64,000 nt of DNA from Antedon mediterranea (taxonomy: Eukaryota; Animalia; Echinodermata), in NCBI RefSeq assembly GCF_964355755.1, contig NC_092671.1, forward strand, positions 18,972,001 to 19,036,000. The letters run 5' to 3'. Numbering within the stretch: the first letter of the stretch is position 1; every line of letters starts with the position of its first letter. Shown here piece after piece: positions 52,614 to 64,000 of the stretch. Below the pieces are notes generated by a model that saw nothing but the letters and a program-made list of their open reading frames with translations, did not search any database and was not told the origin of the DNA. The position numbers and the translations under genes are program-made.

Positions 52614-54498
52614 AAACATGTAGCAATATAATGTTACCTTAGTAATAGGCATAAGTATGGTATTAAACATGTATCAATGCTACCTTAGTAATAGGCATAA
52701 GTATGGTATTAAACATGTATCAATATAATGTTACCTTAGTAATAGGCATAAGTATGGTATTAAACATGTAGCAATATAATGCTACCTTAGTAATAGGCAT
52801 AAGTACGGTATTAAACATGTAGCAATATAATGCTACCTTAGTAATAGGCATAAGTATGGTATTAAACATGTAGCAATATAATGCTACCTTAGTAATAGGC
52901 ATAAGTATGGTATTAAACATGTATCAATATAATGCTACCTTAGTAATAGGCATAAGTATGGTATTAAACATGTAGCAATATAATGCTACCTTAGTAATAG
53001 GCATAAGTATGGTATTAAACATGTAGCAATATAATGCTACCTTAGTAATAGGCATAAGTATGGTATTAAACATGTAACAATATAATGCTACCTTAGTAAT
53101 AGGCATAAGTATGGTATTAAACATGTAGCAATATAATGCTACCTTAGTAATAGGCATAAGTATGGTATTAAACATGTATCAATATAATGCTACCTTAGTA
53201 ATAGGCATAAGTATGGTATTAAACATGTATCAATATAATGCTACCTTAGTAATAGGCATAAGTATGGTATTAAACATGTATCAATATAATGCTACCTTAG
53301 TAATAGGCATAAGCATGGTATTAAACATGTAGCAATATAATGCTACCTTAGTAATAGGCATAAGTATGGTATTAAACATGTAGCAATATAATGTTACCTT
53401 AGTAATAGGCATAAGTATGGTATTAAACATGTATCAATATAATGCTACCTTAGTAATAGGCATAAGTATGGTATTAAACATGTATCAATATAATGCTACC
53501 TTAGTAATAGGCATAGGTATGGTATTAAACATGTATCAATATAATGCTACCTTAGTAATAGGCATAAGTATGGTATTAAACATGTATCAATATAATGCTA
53601 CCTTAGTAATAGGCATAAGTATGGTATTAAACATGTAACAATATAATGCTACCTTAGTAATAGGCATAAGTATGGTATTAAACATGTATCAATATAATGC
53701 TACCTTAGTAATAGGCATAAGTATGGTATTAAACATGTATCAATATAATGCTACCTTAGTAATAGGCATAAGTATGGTATTAAACATGTAGCAATATAAT
53801 ACTACCTTAGTAATAGGCATAAGTATGGTATTAAACATGTATCAATATAATGCTACCTTAGTAATAGGCATAAGTATGGTATTAAACATGTAGCAATATA
53901 ATGCTACCTTAGTAATAGGCATAAGCATGGTATTAAACATGTAGCAATATAATGTTACCTTAGTAATAGGCATAAGTATGGTATTAAACATGTATCAATA
54001 TAATGCTACCTTAGTAATAGGCATAAGTATGGTATTAAACATGTAGCAATATAATACTACCTTAGTAATAGGCATAAGTATGGTATTAAACATGTATCAA
54101 TATAATTCTACCTTAGTAATAGGCATAAGTATGGTATTAAACATGTATCAATATAATGCTACCTTAGTAATAGGCATAAGTATGGTATTAAACATGTAGC
54201 AATATAATGCTACCTTAGTAATAGGCATAAGCATGGTATTAAACATGTAGCAATATAATGTTACCTTAGTAATAGGCATAAGTATGGTATTAAACATGTA
54301 TCAATATAATGCTACCTTAGTAATAGGCATAAGTATGGTATTAAACATGTAGCAATATAATGCTACCTTAGTAATAGGCATAAGTATGGTATTAAACATG
54401 TAGCAATATAATGCTACCTTAGTAATAGGCATAAGTATGGTATTAAACATGTAGCAATATAATGCTACCTTAGTAATAGGCATAAGTATGGTATTAAA
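52614..54498. repeat. 51-bp tandem satellite, about 37 copies
   Basis: Unit aaacatgta(g/t)caatataatgctaccttagtaataggcataagtatggtatt. Few variants, one unit with a 7-nt deletion near 52675, and no spacers. Confidence 0.97.
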
Positions 54499-54984
54499 AA
54501 ACCACTGGTGCCGTGATCAGCGTGATGTTAAAGGTTGGGCAGAATACGTCGTGCCTTTAAAGATTAAAGAGCTCTTAATTAATAGAAAAAGTGTCAAAGA
54601 TGTTATCACTATTCGTTTTGATTTCTAAAGTTCTGAAGATATCAGTATGTGTAAGTGTCAACATTCAGTAAATCAAAAATAAGTTTTATGATGATTTTGT
54701 TTTATTTGAAAAATCCTAAATTGACACATACTCTGTGCTTCTTAATATTATTTATAATATCCTAATTTTTGCCTCAAACGATGGTAGATAGTCAGTGTCT
54801 ACTTTTAAACTGATATACTGTAGCTTACACTCTTATCCTTTTAATTTTCGTTATATTTTACTATATTTTAAAATCGCTTTAATCAGGGAAGAGTGAAATT
54901 GAAATTGTATTTACAATTCTTCCCTGCTTTAATGATGATAGTTCAATGTCTTCAAAATTATAAAAGGCAAGAAAGTCAATATAC

Positions 54985-55937
54985 GTTTTAGTGGCGTGCA
55001 ACGCGACTCTACATCTCACTATGTCGGTCAGTTGGTCGGTAAACACTAACTTTAGCACGCGACTGCAGCCATGTAAATGGTTAACCTAACTTTAAAAGCA
55101 ACACAAACATAAAAGAACAAGGCCAACAGCCATTAAGTCGCGTGCTACAATGCATAGTGATACCGGACCGACAGACAAACAGACCAACAGACAGACAGAC
55201 AGACGGACCGACCGACATAGTGAACTATACTGACCGAAATTACTGAACATGTTTAAAAATGTTGAAATGTTTAAAAACATTTATATTTTTTTAATTTACA
55301 CGTGCGTAGCCTGTCACTTTTGACGTGCTCGTATAACGTAATTTCGAGTTGAAAAGTAAGTCAAGAAAACAGAAATCGGGCAAGAAGAGTGCGCAATAAC
55401 ATTTAACGCGCAGTGCGCGCGCAAAAATCTGCGCACTCATGGCAATTTTGTAAACGCTTAAAATTGCCTGAAACGTACTCTTATTTCATCGAAAATAAAT
55501 TTTGAACATTTTAAGCGCGCTTACGCATGCGTTACATGCGCTACGCACGTAATTGTATTGCCATATGATGATTTATGCCCTGAAATTTATGAGTACCAAA
55601 TTTTATTTAATTGTGATTCATGGTTGTTAAGATATGATTACAAACGTGATTTCGTTAAATCGTGCGTAGACCGCGTAATTTTTTATTGCGCATCGTGAAA
55701 ACATAACCACATCGATTCCTGGCCATAAGGAATATTCTGTGAAAAATTGACTTAGCTAGATTAAACTGATATCAAGATAAGGTCATAAAGCGATAAAACG
55801 CATAGTGATACCGGACCGACAGACAGACAGACAGACAGACAGACCGACAGACAGACCGACAGACAGACCGACAGACAGACAGACAGACAGACCGACCGAC
55901 ATAGTGAACTATAGAGTCGCTTCCACGCGACTAAAAA
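54985..55937. mobile_element. HINE/DINE-1-like (Helentron-derived) non-autonomous element(s)
   Basis: Repeated catagtgataccggaccgac-(GACA/GACC)n-gacatagtgaactata module at about 55153-55229 and 55801-55914. Terminal hairpin AGTCGC-ttccac-GCGACT followed by an A run. An inverted short copy lies at 54985-55064. Confidence 0.65.
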
Positions 55938-55949
55938 CAGTGTGTCTCC

Positions 55950-56810
55950 ATAAACTCTTTACAGAGCCATACTTTTGGAGCAAGGGGGACACTGGAGATG
56001 TTTCACAAGATGTCCAGCAGGTGGTCGATTCTGTGGAAGATAGCTCAAACAGCTCAAAGTCGAATGTTCTCAACACTGGAGGAATTTGCTTTCTCTCCTC
56101 ATGCAGTTCTTGATAAATGTCAAGGATCATCGTCCTGTTCTTGTGTTTCAAAAGGTCTCTTTGTGATGTCAGAAGATGACGTACATTTCTCACTGTTTAG
56201 TAACATTTCTGGCCCAGAAATGTTACTAAACAGGTAGGCCTACCCCAGAATACATGTGCCCAGGGCACATGTATTCTGGGGTAGGCCTACAAAGTGACAT
56301 GAATCCCACTATAGCACCACATGACTTCATCCTAGCACAACCGTGGTCACACAGTTTTGGTACAAACTTTTTGTCTAAAAGAATGTTATGTTGGCGGGCT
56401 TTATCCTGGTGGATTATCTGGGGACTATGCTTGTGTATAACTACGAAACACCTACAACACCAGTTGCAGCAACTGCCACTTTCCTATTTCGTTTCCTCCA
56501 TGTTTTGCCAATAGATGAATTCAGTAATGATAGACATAAATGATGTTCCAGAGGCAAATTCCAATGAACTTTTCAATATTCTTGTGTGCGAGTTGTTGGT
56601 CTATTAGAGCCTCCCTTATAATCCGCTTCTTCGGACGCTTGCCCTTTCTCAACTTCACTTTCTTTACGGCAACATGCTCATATTGGTACATTCCCTTGAA
56701 TACTTCTCCAAATGAGCCCTGAGCAATAGTCCTCTTGTAATCACAATCAAGATGAGATGACTTTATGGTTAGAGGGGTGGAGAATTCTAGGTTGTTTTTA
56801 ACAGGAACTG
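55950..56810 (-). pseudogene. Intronless TKL-type (RIPK/MLK/IRAK-like) protein kinase pseudogene
   Basis: Minus strand: IAQGSFGEVFKG..VAVKK..IREA..LAHKNIEKFIG..IITEFI, then PQIIHQD(x)KPAN/NILLD..KLCDHG, TPEYMCPE..SDI, and CLSYLPQNRPP. Multiple frameshifts, deletions and a palindromic insertion. Confidence 0.85.
56193..56290. repeat. Two abutting perfect palindromes (20-bp and 28-bp arms, 1-nt centres)
   Basis: CTGTTTAGTAACATTTCTGG-c-CCAGAAATGTTACTAAACAG (56193-56233) is immediately followed by GTAGGCCTACCCCAGAATACATGTGCCC-a-GGGCACATGTATTCTGGGGTAGGCCTAC (56234-56290). Confidence 0.97.
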
Positions 56811-59068
56811 TTGTAATTAATTAGACAAACTTGCGCCTGGTTTAAAATCTCTATAACTTCTCTCACATCACATTCGCTGTATGTCAGCTTACACTTAACA
56901 GTGGCAAAAGCCAGGTTTGTCAACCACATATACACTCCTCCTGAATACACAGACTGGCCATCCCATTTGATAGAGAGTAGTAGGCCTACTATAGACTAGA
57001 GCCAGTCTAGCTCATCAGGTTGTCAACAAGCAGGCCACATGTCAATGTGCGCACACGTGGTTCATGGTTCAATTACACGTGTGACGTATACAAGATAACG
57101 CGTACGTACGAGTTATTATCTCGTACGTACGAGATAATAACTCATACGTACGAGATAATAACTCGTACGTACGAGATAATAACTCGTACGTACGAGAAAA
57201 TAACACGTACGTACGAGATAATAAGTCGTATGTACGAGAAAATAACACGTACGTACGAGATAATAAGTCGTACGTACGTGATAATAACGCGTACGTACGA
57301 GATATCTAAGTCGTACGTACGAATTGTGGAGGCTTTTTTTTTTCAAAACGTCAATATCATTATTTACTTTCCGAAAAAAGTTAAAGAATCATTATATATC
57401 TAAATATTATACTGCTTAGTTAATATGCGTATTATCATTATTTATACTCATATACTATTTATGTCTTACACAAAATATTAGTTGTTGTTTATTATTGCAA
57501 TCTTTAATCTATACTATATATAATGTATATATAGTATATACTATATATATACTGGAATTATAATTTATGTATACATATTTTTTTTTTTTCATTTACCAAT
57601 ATCGGTAGTTATTTCATTTATAATTATCATGAAACTATTGAAATATAATTTAAATAATTTTTATAAAGAAGATGTTAGTTATGTTATTATACTGTAATTT
57701 TTTATCCTAAATTATATAATTATATATTCTAGGTTATTTTTATTTTTTTAGTAATGTGTTTTGTTATGGGTCCCTACGAGACAAGTTTTTAACTTCTAGA
57801 AGGGATCCATGATAATAATGACTACCAATTACTGCTTTATCTATGTTCACTTTAATATCTTTTTTCTGTTTTGTATATATTCATTCATTATTATCTAAAT
57901 AAATATTATCTGAATTATCTGAATTATCTGAATTACATATGTCCCCAATGGGGCTTCGTAGGGATTAGGCTTTCGTACAAATATAAATAGTCTAATCTTT
58001 TCAACTGTTGATATTTCACATTCATTTTAAATTTTCCTGTAACCTTTTGAAAAAGTTTATTTTAATAAAGTTATTGATATTTTTGACACTAAAAAATCAA
58101 GGAAAATATTCTATAAAAATAAAGAAATTCCTTTTTATCGTCAAAAAGGATATCTGTAAAGTTTAATAGGCCCACCTGCATGGTATATGCGGTCATATAT
58201 AACTATTTTATATTTTGTTGATCTATAATATTACGCCATTCGATATATTTCTGTTATTCAATTACCACGACCCCTAAACTGTTAATCATTAGTTCACACA
58301 TCATCACCACATACAGATTTGTCTCTTCAATGTCACAATGTCATAGGTCAATGTTATAATAAGATTCCATAACGACTTGACCTAGTTGGGCCTATATGCC
58401 TTATATGGCCAGAACAGCTGCCGTCAGCGAACGACTCTTCTCATCATCATCTCTCTACATCACTGGTACCATAGTGACGTAGACATCTTGCGCAAGTTAA
58501 TTATCGACTATACCAATCCACTGAGACCACGTATGAAATATTTACTATTTATGAGACGACGTTTTCATGACCTTTGTAATCATCCCGAATATTTCTTTAT
58601 TTCTTTCCTGGAAGCTGATTATTATAAATAAGGGTAAGTTCATTAAGTTGATTGAGAAGTTACATTAATTGGACATTCTTTTGTTGTTGGGTTTTACGCT
58701 ATATAAACTGTGATAAAGTGTCGTCTGTAGTTTCTTTATCTATTATTTGTCATAATTCGTGTTGACACTTACTTATAATTTCATATTAATATTTATACCT
58801 GACCCAAGTCAGCAGAAGATTCCTGAAATTCACAATGTCTGTCACAATATTATCATGATGCAGTAGTCAAGGAAACGGTTATCGTCACATCATGTGCAAA
58901 TGTCGAAATGTTTAAAGTATAATATTCTAAAGAATAATCATATAGTGAAGAAGGACGTATATAGACAAAATAAAATTACTTGCGTTGCGCTTACGTCATT
59001 ATTTTTGTTGCGTTCTAGTTGCAACCAAGCTTTACAACAGGCTGCTTTGGTCAATTAAAGTTTTTAGA

Positions 59069-59149
59069 AGCATGCCTCTACAATAAGTTAATTGTAGCAT
59101 GCCTCTACAATAAGTTAATTGTAGCATGCCTCTACAATAAGTTAATTGT
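59069..59149. repeat. 27-bp tandem repeat x3
   Basis: (agcatgcctctacaataagttaattgt)3. Confidence 0.9.
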
Positions 59150-61139
59150 ATAAACATAATAGCATAATAAGAAAATGTAAACCCAGAAAACATCTATTTT
59201 CAAAATGTAATTTTAGTGAATTCTTATATAACGCATATGCCAAACTCTCAATACACTGTACAAAAATTGTCAAAGTCAAACTGGAAATTTTGCAAAATAA
59301 AGGTTTCAGCTGTGTCTTTAGAATAAACCTTGTAGGTCAAGCACTTCAATAGTACACGCGTAAATAAATCAGATTGTTTCATCTGTTTTTACTGATAACT
59401 GTTCAGCATTTAATTTTGTTTCATTTAAGTAATAAAGGTGTGATTTACTTATGATAGATGTGTATCATTACTTACGATATTAAAAACAATAGGTCATTAT
59501 TTTAACCTCATACATCATATAGTGTATATACCTACTAATTGCATCAATGATGAACGCCATTTGTTATAATGGTGATAATTTATTAACTTCAAATTTAACA
59601 TACAAATATTTATAATAAACAAGATTTATATTTAAATTGAACTTTACTATTCATCTAACTGAACAGTTGGCCGATTGGTCACTTATTGTCAATTAAATAT
59701 TGTTTTTCCATCCCATTTTTTTTTTGCTTAGCTTTTTGTTTTATTAATTACGACATTAATGAATGAATAACTTAAATACGGGTTTCTAGAGTATTGTGTG
59801 TTTCTTTGTTTAAATGGTAAAAAAATGGACCTATAAATTGGATAAATCTATGGTAAAAGTTCACAGGATATATAAACCATTAAAATAGGCCAGGTGAATA
59901 GCCTGTCTCTTACATTATACGATTATTCATTCATCGTTCATTCATTTATTCATCAGTGGAAAATTACTTCTATTTATTGTCATTTGCATATCAATTTACA
60001 TAGAAATTATGTTTGCTCTGAGATATACAAAAACAACTACAAAGTGTCACATCACTCTCGTACGGTATACTGACAAGCATTCGAGTGTTTAACTTAAAGC
60101 CCACCGCTATTGTTTCCATCTCAATCTCGTTTCTGGTTTGTAAAAAAAAAAAACAATTACTGCAAATAAATATTGTTCATTGAAACTACACGGAATACAT
60201 TTCCATCTTTATTGGAATGAATTGATAGAATGCGATTGTCAAAAATATAATCTTATTATAACCATCATCATAATTGTCATCAGAGTTATGTAATTGCATT
60301 TTTACAAATCATTAATTAACCAGGACACAAATTAATATTCTTGATCATGAACCGAATAATCATTCCATTATTATAATCATGATCAACATCATCATTGTTT
60401 TATTTTATTTTTTTATTATTAAACTTTGTTTAATGAGGGTGACTCAAAACAGCCGAGGCTGATATGCATGAGGCCCTCAGCACGATAAAAACGAAACACG
60501 TTATTATCATCTTAACAATATCGCTTTACCTTATCAGGAACTTTTAATTTTGTATTTATACCGGGATACCACAAAACTATTGACTCAATTGTGTTTGGAG
60601 TTGATAGAGTATACCTATTGCATATGCCCTCTATGGAATGTGCCCGCGGGAGAGAAAAGCAACTCGTGGACATCGTCCTACACGATTATAAAACATTATC
60701 TAAATATGTCAACCGGCCTAAATATTTAAAATCAATCGCTTAACAAATTAAGATTAAATACGAATACATATTGGATAAGGGTATATTATTTATTTATTGG
60801 TAAACTTGATGACAATTAAATTAATTAGGGACCATCTGTTTTGCGTCTTAGTACGGCGTTCATAATCAAAGCATATGATATCATAGTCTATAAATATGTA
60901 ACGTTTTGAGAAGACTCACATATGTACGCAAGAAGAGGCAAGGGTAGGAACGTTAGGTCTGTAGAAAAGGTTTTTCAAGAAGACAGAAATGATTGGAGGA
61001 AATAATACGTTAGTTAAACAATCAAGTTTTGTAAATCGAAGAAAACGGATGTGGGAAAATCAGAAGAAGGAAGAGGAAAAACAACGAGAAAAAGAGAAAG
61101 TAAGAAATCAGTGCTAGTTTGTCGAGGCCTTTGGTATGT

Positions 61140-61660
61140 TACCAATGACGTCAAAACGACCATTAATTAGCATTGGATAATTAAATAATTATCTAATTTG
61201 AATCAATCATTGTGTAGGTTGGTGTTGACGAATTAATTTCGAAATATATCTGAATTATTTTCTATCTCGTATTATCATAAGCAGTGATAAACTGTTAGTC
61301 ACGACAAATAAATTCCATTCTAATTTTGTCTCGGTATGTCTGTTTGGTCACGTGTGTTTATCGTCGCGCGCATTACTTTTCAGAACGACCTATCCAATGT
61401 TTTCTCTGACCAGTGACAAATCTATTTTCTAGATGCTATAGTACAAGTTGTGCGTTTGGTATTATTATTACTTTTCATATTCGATAAAACTTTTCAGAAT
61501 TTAAAGATGATTTTAAAATTTCCGTAACGGTATCTAAGGTGTCATTTCTTTTTATCGATTTAAACATACAAAGGAATATAATTACATCGAACGTTTCTTT
61601 GATAATTTGCTAATTTGGATTTAAAGTTTGCCATGGCTTCATTTTCTTCAAATGTAAGTA
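61140..61660 (+). promoter_or_regulatory. Possible promoter and short first coding exon of a downstream gene
   Basis: CCAAT overlapping a perfect CRE TGACGTCA (61146-61153), an E-box CACGTG near 61349, and gccATGGCTTCATTTTCTTCAAAT followed by a consensus donor gtaagt (about 61633-61659). No downstream exon could be identified. Confidence 0.3.
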
Positions 61661-63249
61661 CTCTGATATATTTTTTAACTTTTATTTTAGAAAGATTCTA
61701 ATGTGAACATTACATCAGTGCGCAAAATGTTCGTATTATTTTCGTCAATTCATCTGGATTTTGCATACCCCCTTTTTACAGATCTTATATACACATTTAA
61801 AATATTGTGTCTCCACAACCATTTATTTAAATCATGTGCATATACAATAGTATGAAATTGTGCTGCCCTGAGACACAAATACAAAAACAGTGGAAAAAGT
61901 CGCATCATTCTCGTATTATCCCCCTTAGCAGTACGGTAGTTTAAGAAACTACTGCGGAAACGAAATATATCTGAATTATTTTCTATCTCGTATTATCAAA
62001 CCTTAAAACATTGCGTAAGGAATGGGATGAGTATTTCTTTTATTAATTAAAAAAAGATTAATTTGAACTGAACTTGAACTTAATTTGAGTTCCAACTTAG
62101 CTTACATGTAGCCCCTGTAAACCATACGGTACTAAACGTGAGAATGATTTCAGTAACGGAAGAGAAGAATAATGAAATACGGTGTGAACTTCAAAGGATA
62201 AAAGGCTACGCAGAAAATACAGGAGGCATCGTTGAACCTCTTCAATACCCAATGGTTCATGAGAAAATTTACATTATGTCAGTATTATTACTGGTAAGAG
62301 GTCCGAACAAAAATACTTGATGGCCTATGCGTTCTGGATAAAAATGAAAAATCAAATTAAATTGGCCAAGATATGTTTTGAAGTGACTCTAGTCAATAGT
62401 TAGAAGCATTATATAAACAGGTATTTTGAGATAGTAGAAAGTATAGAAATAACCCCACCGTATAACTTTATTTATTAATAGACTAGAGGGTACACTCGAT
62501 GCCTTAATGTTAATTATAATCATAGAATTTGAATTTATAATTGGGCGAACGAACTTTTAACTACGTCTAATATCAAATGATACGCTATAGGCCCATTGAA
62601 CTTAATATGAACCTATGATCAAGACAGTCTGATTAAATATGTCGTGCCGTGCATGCCACGCACCCTAATATGGACGAACGGTACGTATCTCTTCATGTGA
62701 CATTTCCTGTCAAACTTCCAAGTCAACATATGATTATTTTGCTCCTAGCTAACAATTTGCACAATAACATCTTTAAAAAAAACGATTTATTGTACGATAC
62801 ATGTCGATAAATCTAATTAACGTTGTTGACCAATCTCTTTAAGACCTTGTAGAGGTAAATACTTAGAACACTAAGTTATTATAATGTGCACACGTTATCT
62901 ATTATTTCACCTTAAGCCCACACAAATTCGTAAGATTCCACATTAGTGATAAATATATGAATAATGTTATTCTATGAGGTCACTGACTCTTTTTTTTTTT
63001 AAATCTTCTTGTTAAAAGAAAATGTTAATTATTAAACAAATAAAAATTTCAATTCATCAATTTGTTTTAACATAATTAAATTATATGTGATTACTGTTTA
63101 TTCCTAAAGAAATCGAGTTTCAATTTTGCACATGGCAATTACGGTTATATGAAACAACACTTTTATATATCTAATTATTATAAGAATCCAAAGGCAAATT
63201 ACTGAAAAAATGACAATGCTGTGGGTATCAGTGACTCTCAATGGAGATA

Positions 63250-64000
63250 CAAAATAAAAGCGAAACGCTAAATCAAAACGAGAAGTAAAACAGCCAGAAA
63301 AGTTAGCAGAGCTTTCGGGCAACACTAGCCCTTCATCAGTGCAAGTGAGGGAATTTGGATAACGTCATAGTATAAAGCTGGCAGGAGACAGGGTGGAGTC
63401 TGAATAAGAGTAAAAAACAAAGAAGGTAGCTTGGTAAATTTTGGAATGAGACTAAAAAAACAGCTTAAATGGTGGTTAATATTGAAACTTAAATGTTGGT
63501 AGTCATGGAATAATTTTACCGATCTGGGAGTATGTTCCTAATGTTAAGTTCAAAAGGTTTTGTGGTTTTAAGTTGTAATTCCAGTGGTTTTCCTTGTCTG
63601 TGCGAGTTTTGTCGCTCCATTTGACATCGTGGTCTATTGCAATAACTCTGAAATTTGCAATCGAGTGACCAGCAGAATTAAAATGTTTGGCTACAGGTTG
63701 ATCAAGCGTTAATGTTTTGATAGCTGATCTGTGTTGTGTCATTCTCATACGGAGAGTGTTTTTTGTTTCTCCGACGTACTGTTTGCCACAAATATTACAG
63801 TATATGAGATAAATGACGTTTTTGGTTAGACAATTAATTGATTGTCTTATCCGAAAAATGTGGTTCCGAAAAAGTTTGGTTACTCTTAAATTTTTCAGTA
63901 GAATCAACCAATGAACAAGTTTTGCAAGATTTGCCGCAAAGGTGACTGCCCAAATTTTGGCTGTCATGATAGTTAATTTCAGTCTTGAATTTGGATCTTA
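63250..64000 (-). mobile_element. Penelope-like retroelement 3' end (GIY-YIG endonuclease), runs off the window
   Basis: INCLTKNVIYLIYCNICGKQYVGETKNTLRMRMTQHR..VAKHFNSAGH..R..KE.HW is the PLE GIY-YIG signature. Frameshifted at both ends, followed by a hammerhead motif. Confidence 0.9.
63303..63344 (-). ncRNA. Minimal type I hammerhead ribozyme (Penelope-like element)
   Basis: Minus strand reads ttGCA-CTGATGA-a-GGGC(tagtgtt)GCCC-GAAA-GC-TC^TGCtaa. Intact core, 4-bp stem II, palindromic AGCT in place of stem III, short stem I. Lies about 160 bp 3' of a GIY-YIG ORF. Confidence 0.8.

Larger units (their letters stand above)
51702..57960. mobile_element. Putative 6.3-kb TIR DNA element with inverted 21-bp subterminal arrays and cargo
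   Basis: 22-bp TIR TACGAAGCCCCATTAGGGACAT (51702-51723) versus ATGTCCCCAATGGGGCTTCGTA (57939-57960), one mismatch, terminal TA. (ttattatctcgtacgtacgac)n at about 51745-51835 is inverted relative to (cgtacgtacgagataataact)n at about 57085-57325. Confidence 0.65.

Noticed and set aside
52614-54498. CRISPR-like array or repetitive protein (MFNTILMPITKVALYCY)n
   Set aside because: Units are contiguous with no unique spacers, there are no cas genes and the context is eukaryotic. The ORFs arise only because 51 is a multiple of 3, and they are broken by stops.
55805-57403. ORFs with DRQT/DRPT and TRTYEII repeats
   Set aside because: They are translations of a (GACA) microsatellite and a 21-bp subterminal array.

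Overview
AT-rich eukaryotic (metazoan) genomic DNA. The repeat content and GPCR type suggest a marine invertebrate, possibly an echinoderm (inference). Three spliced genes were reconstructed by hand with GT-AG introns and consistent phases. (1) A 16-exon HOIP/RNF31-like linear-ubiquitin E3 ligase (+, 3768-13998, about 819 aa) with an atypical layout, PUB-NZF-RING1-IBR-RING1-IBR-RING2-LDD. The RING1-IBR block is duplicated in frame, the UBA and B-box are absent, and the PUB peptide-binding pocket is altered. (2) UBE2Z (+, 25845-33668, 7 exons). (3) Cytosolic glycerol-3-phosphate dehydrogenase GPD1 (-, 43262-50764, 8 exons). Also present are a tandem pair of intronless class A GPCRs (one intact, one frameshifted), LINE remnants (CR1/L2 group, RTE), and a Penelope-like GIY-YIG 3' end with a minimal hammerhead ribozyme. 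The window has many MITEs, three 3.3-3.8 kb long-inverted-repeat (foldback) structures and several tandem repeats. A 6.3 kb TIR-bounded element contains a 51-bp satellite and a decayed intronless TKL-type kinase. That kinase is interrupted by two abutting perfect palindromes that look like a hairpin-type transposon excision footprint. All calls come from reading the sequence and recalled family motifs; no searches were run.
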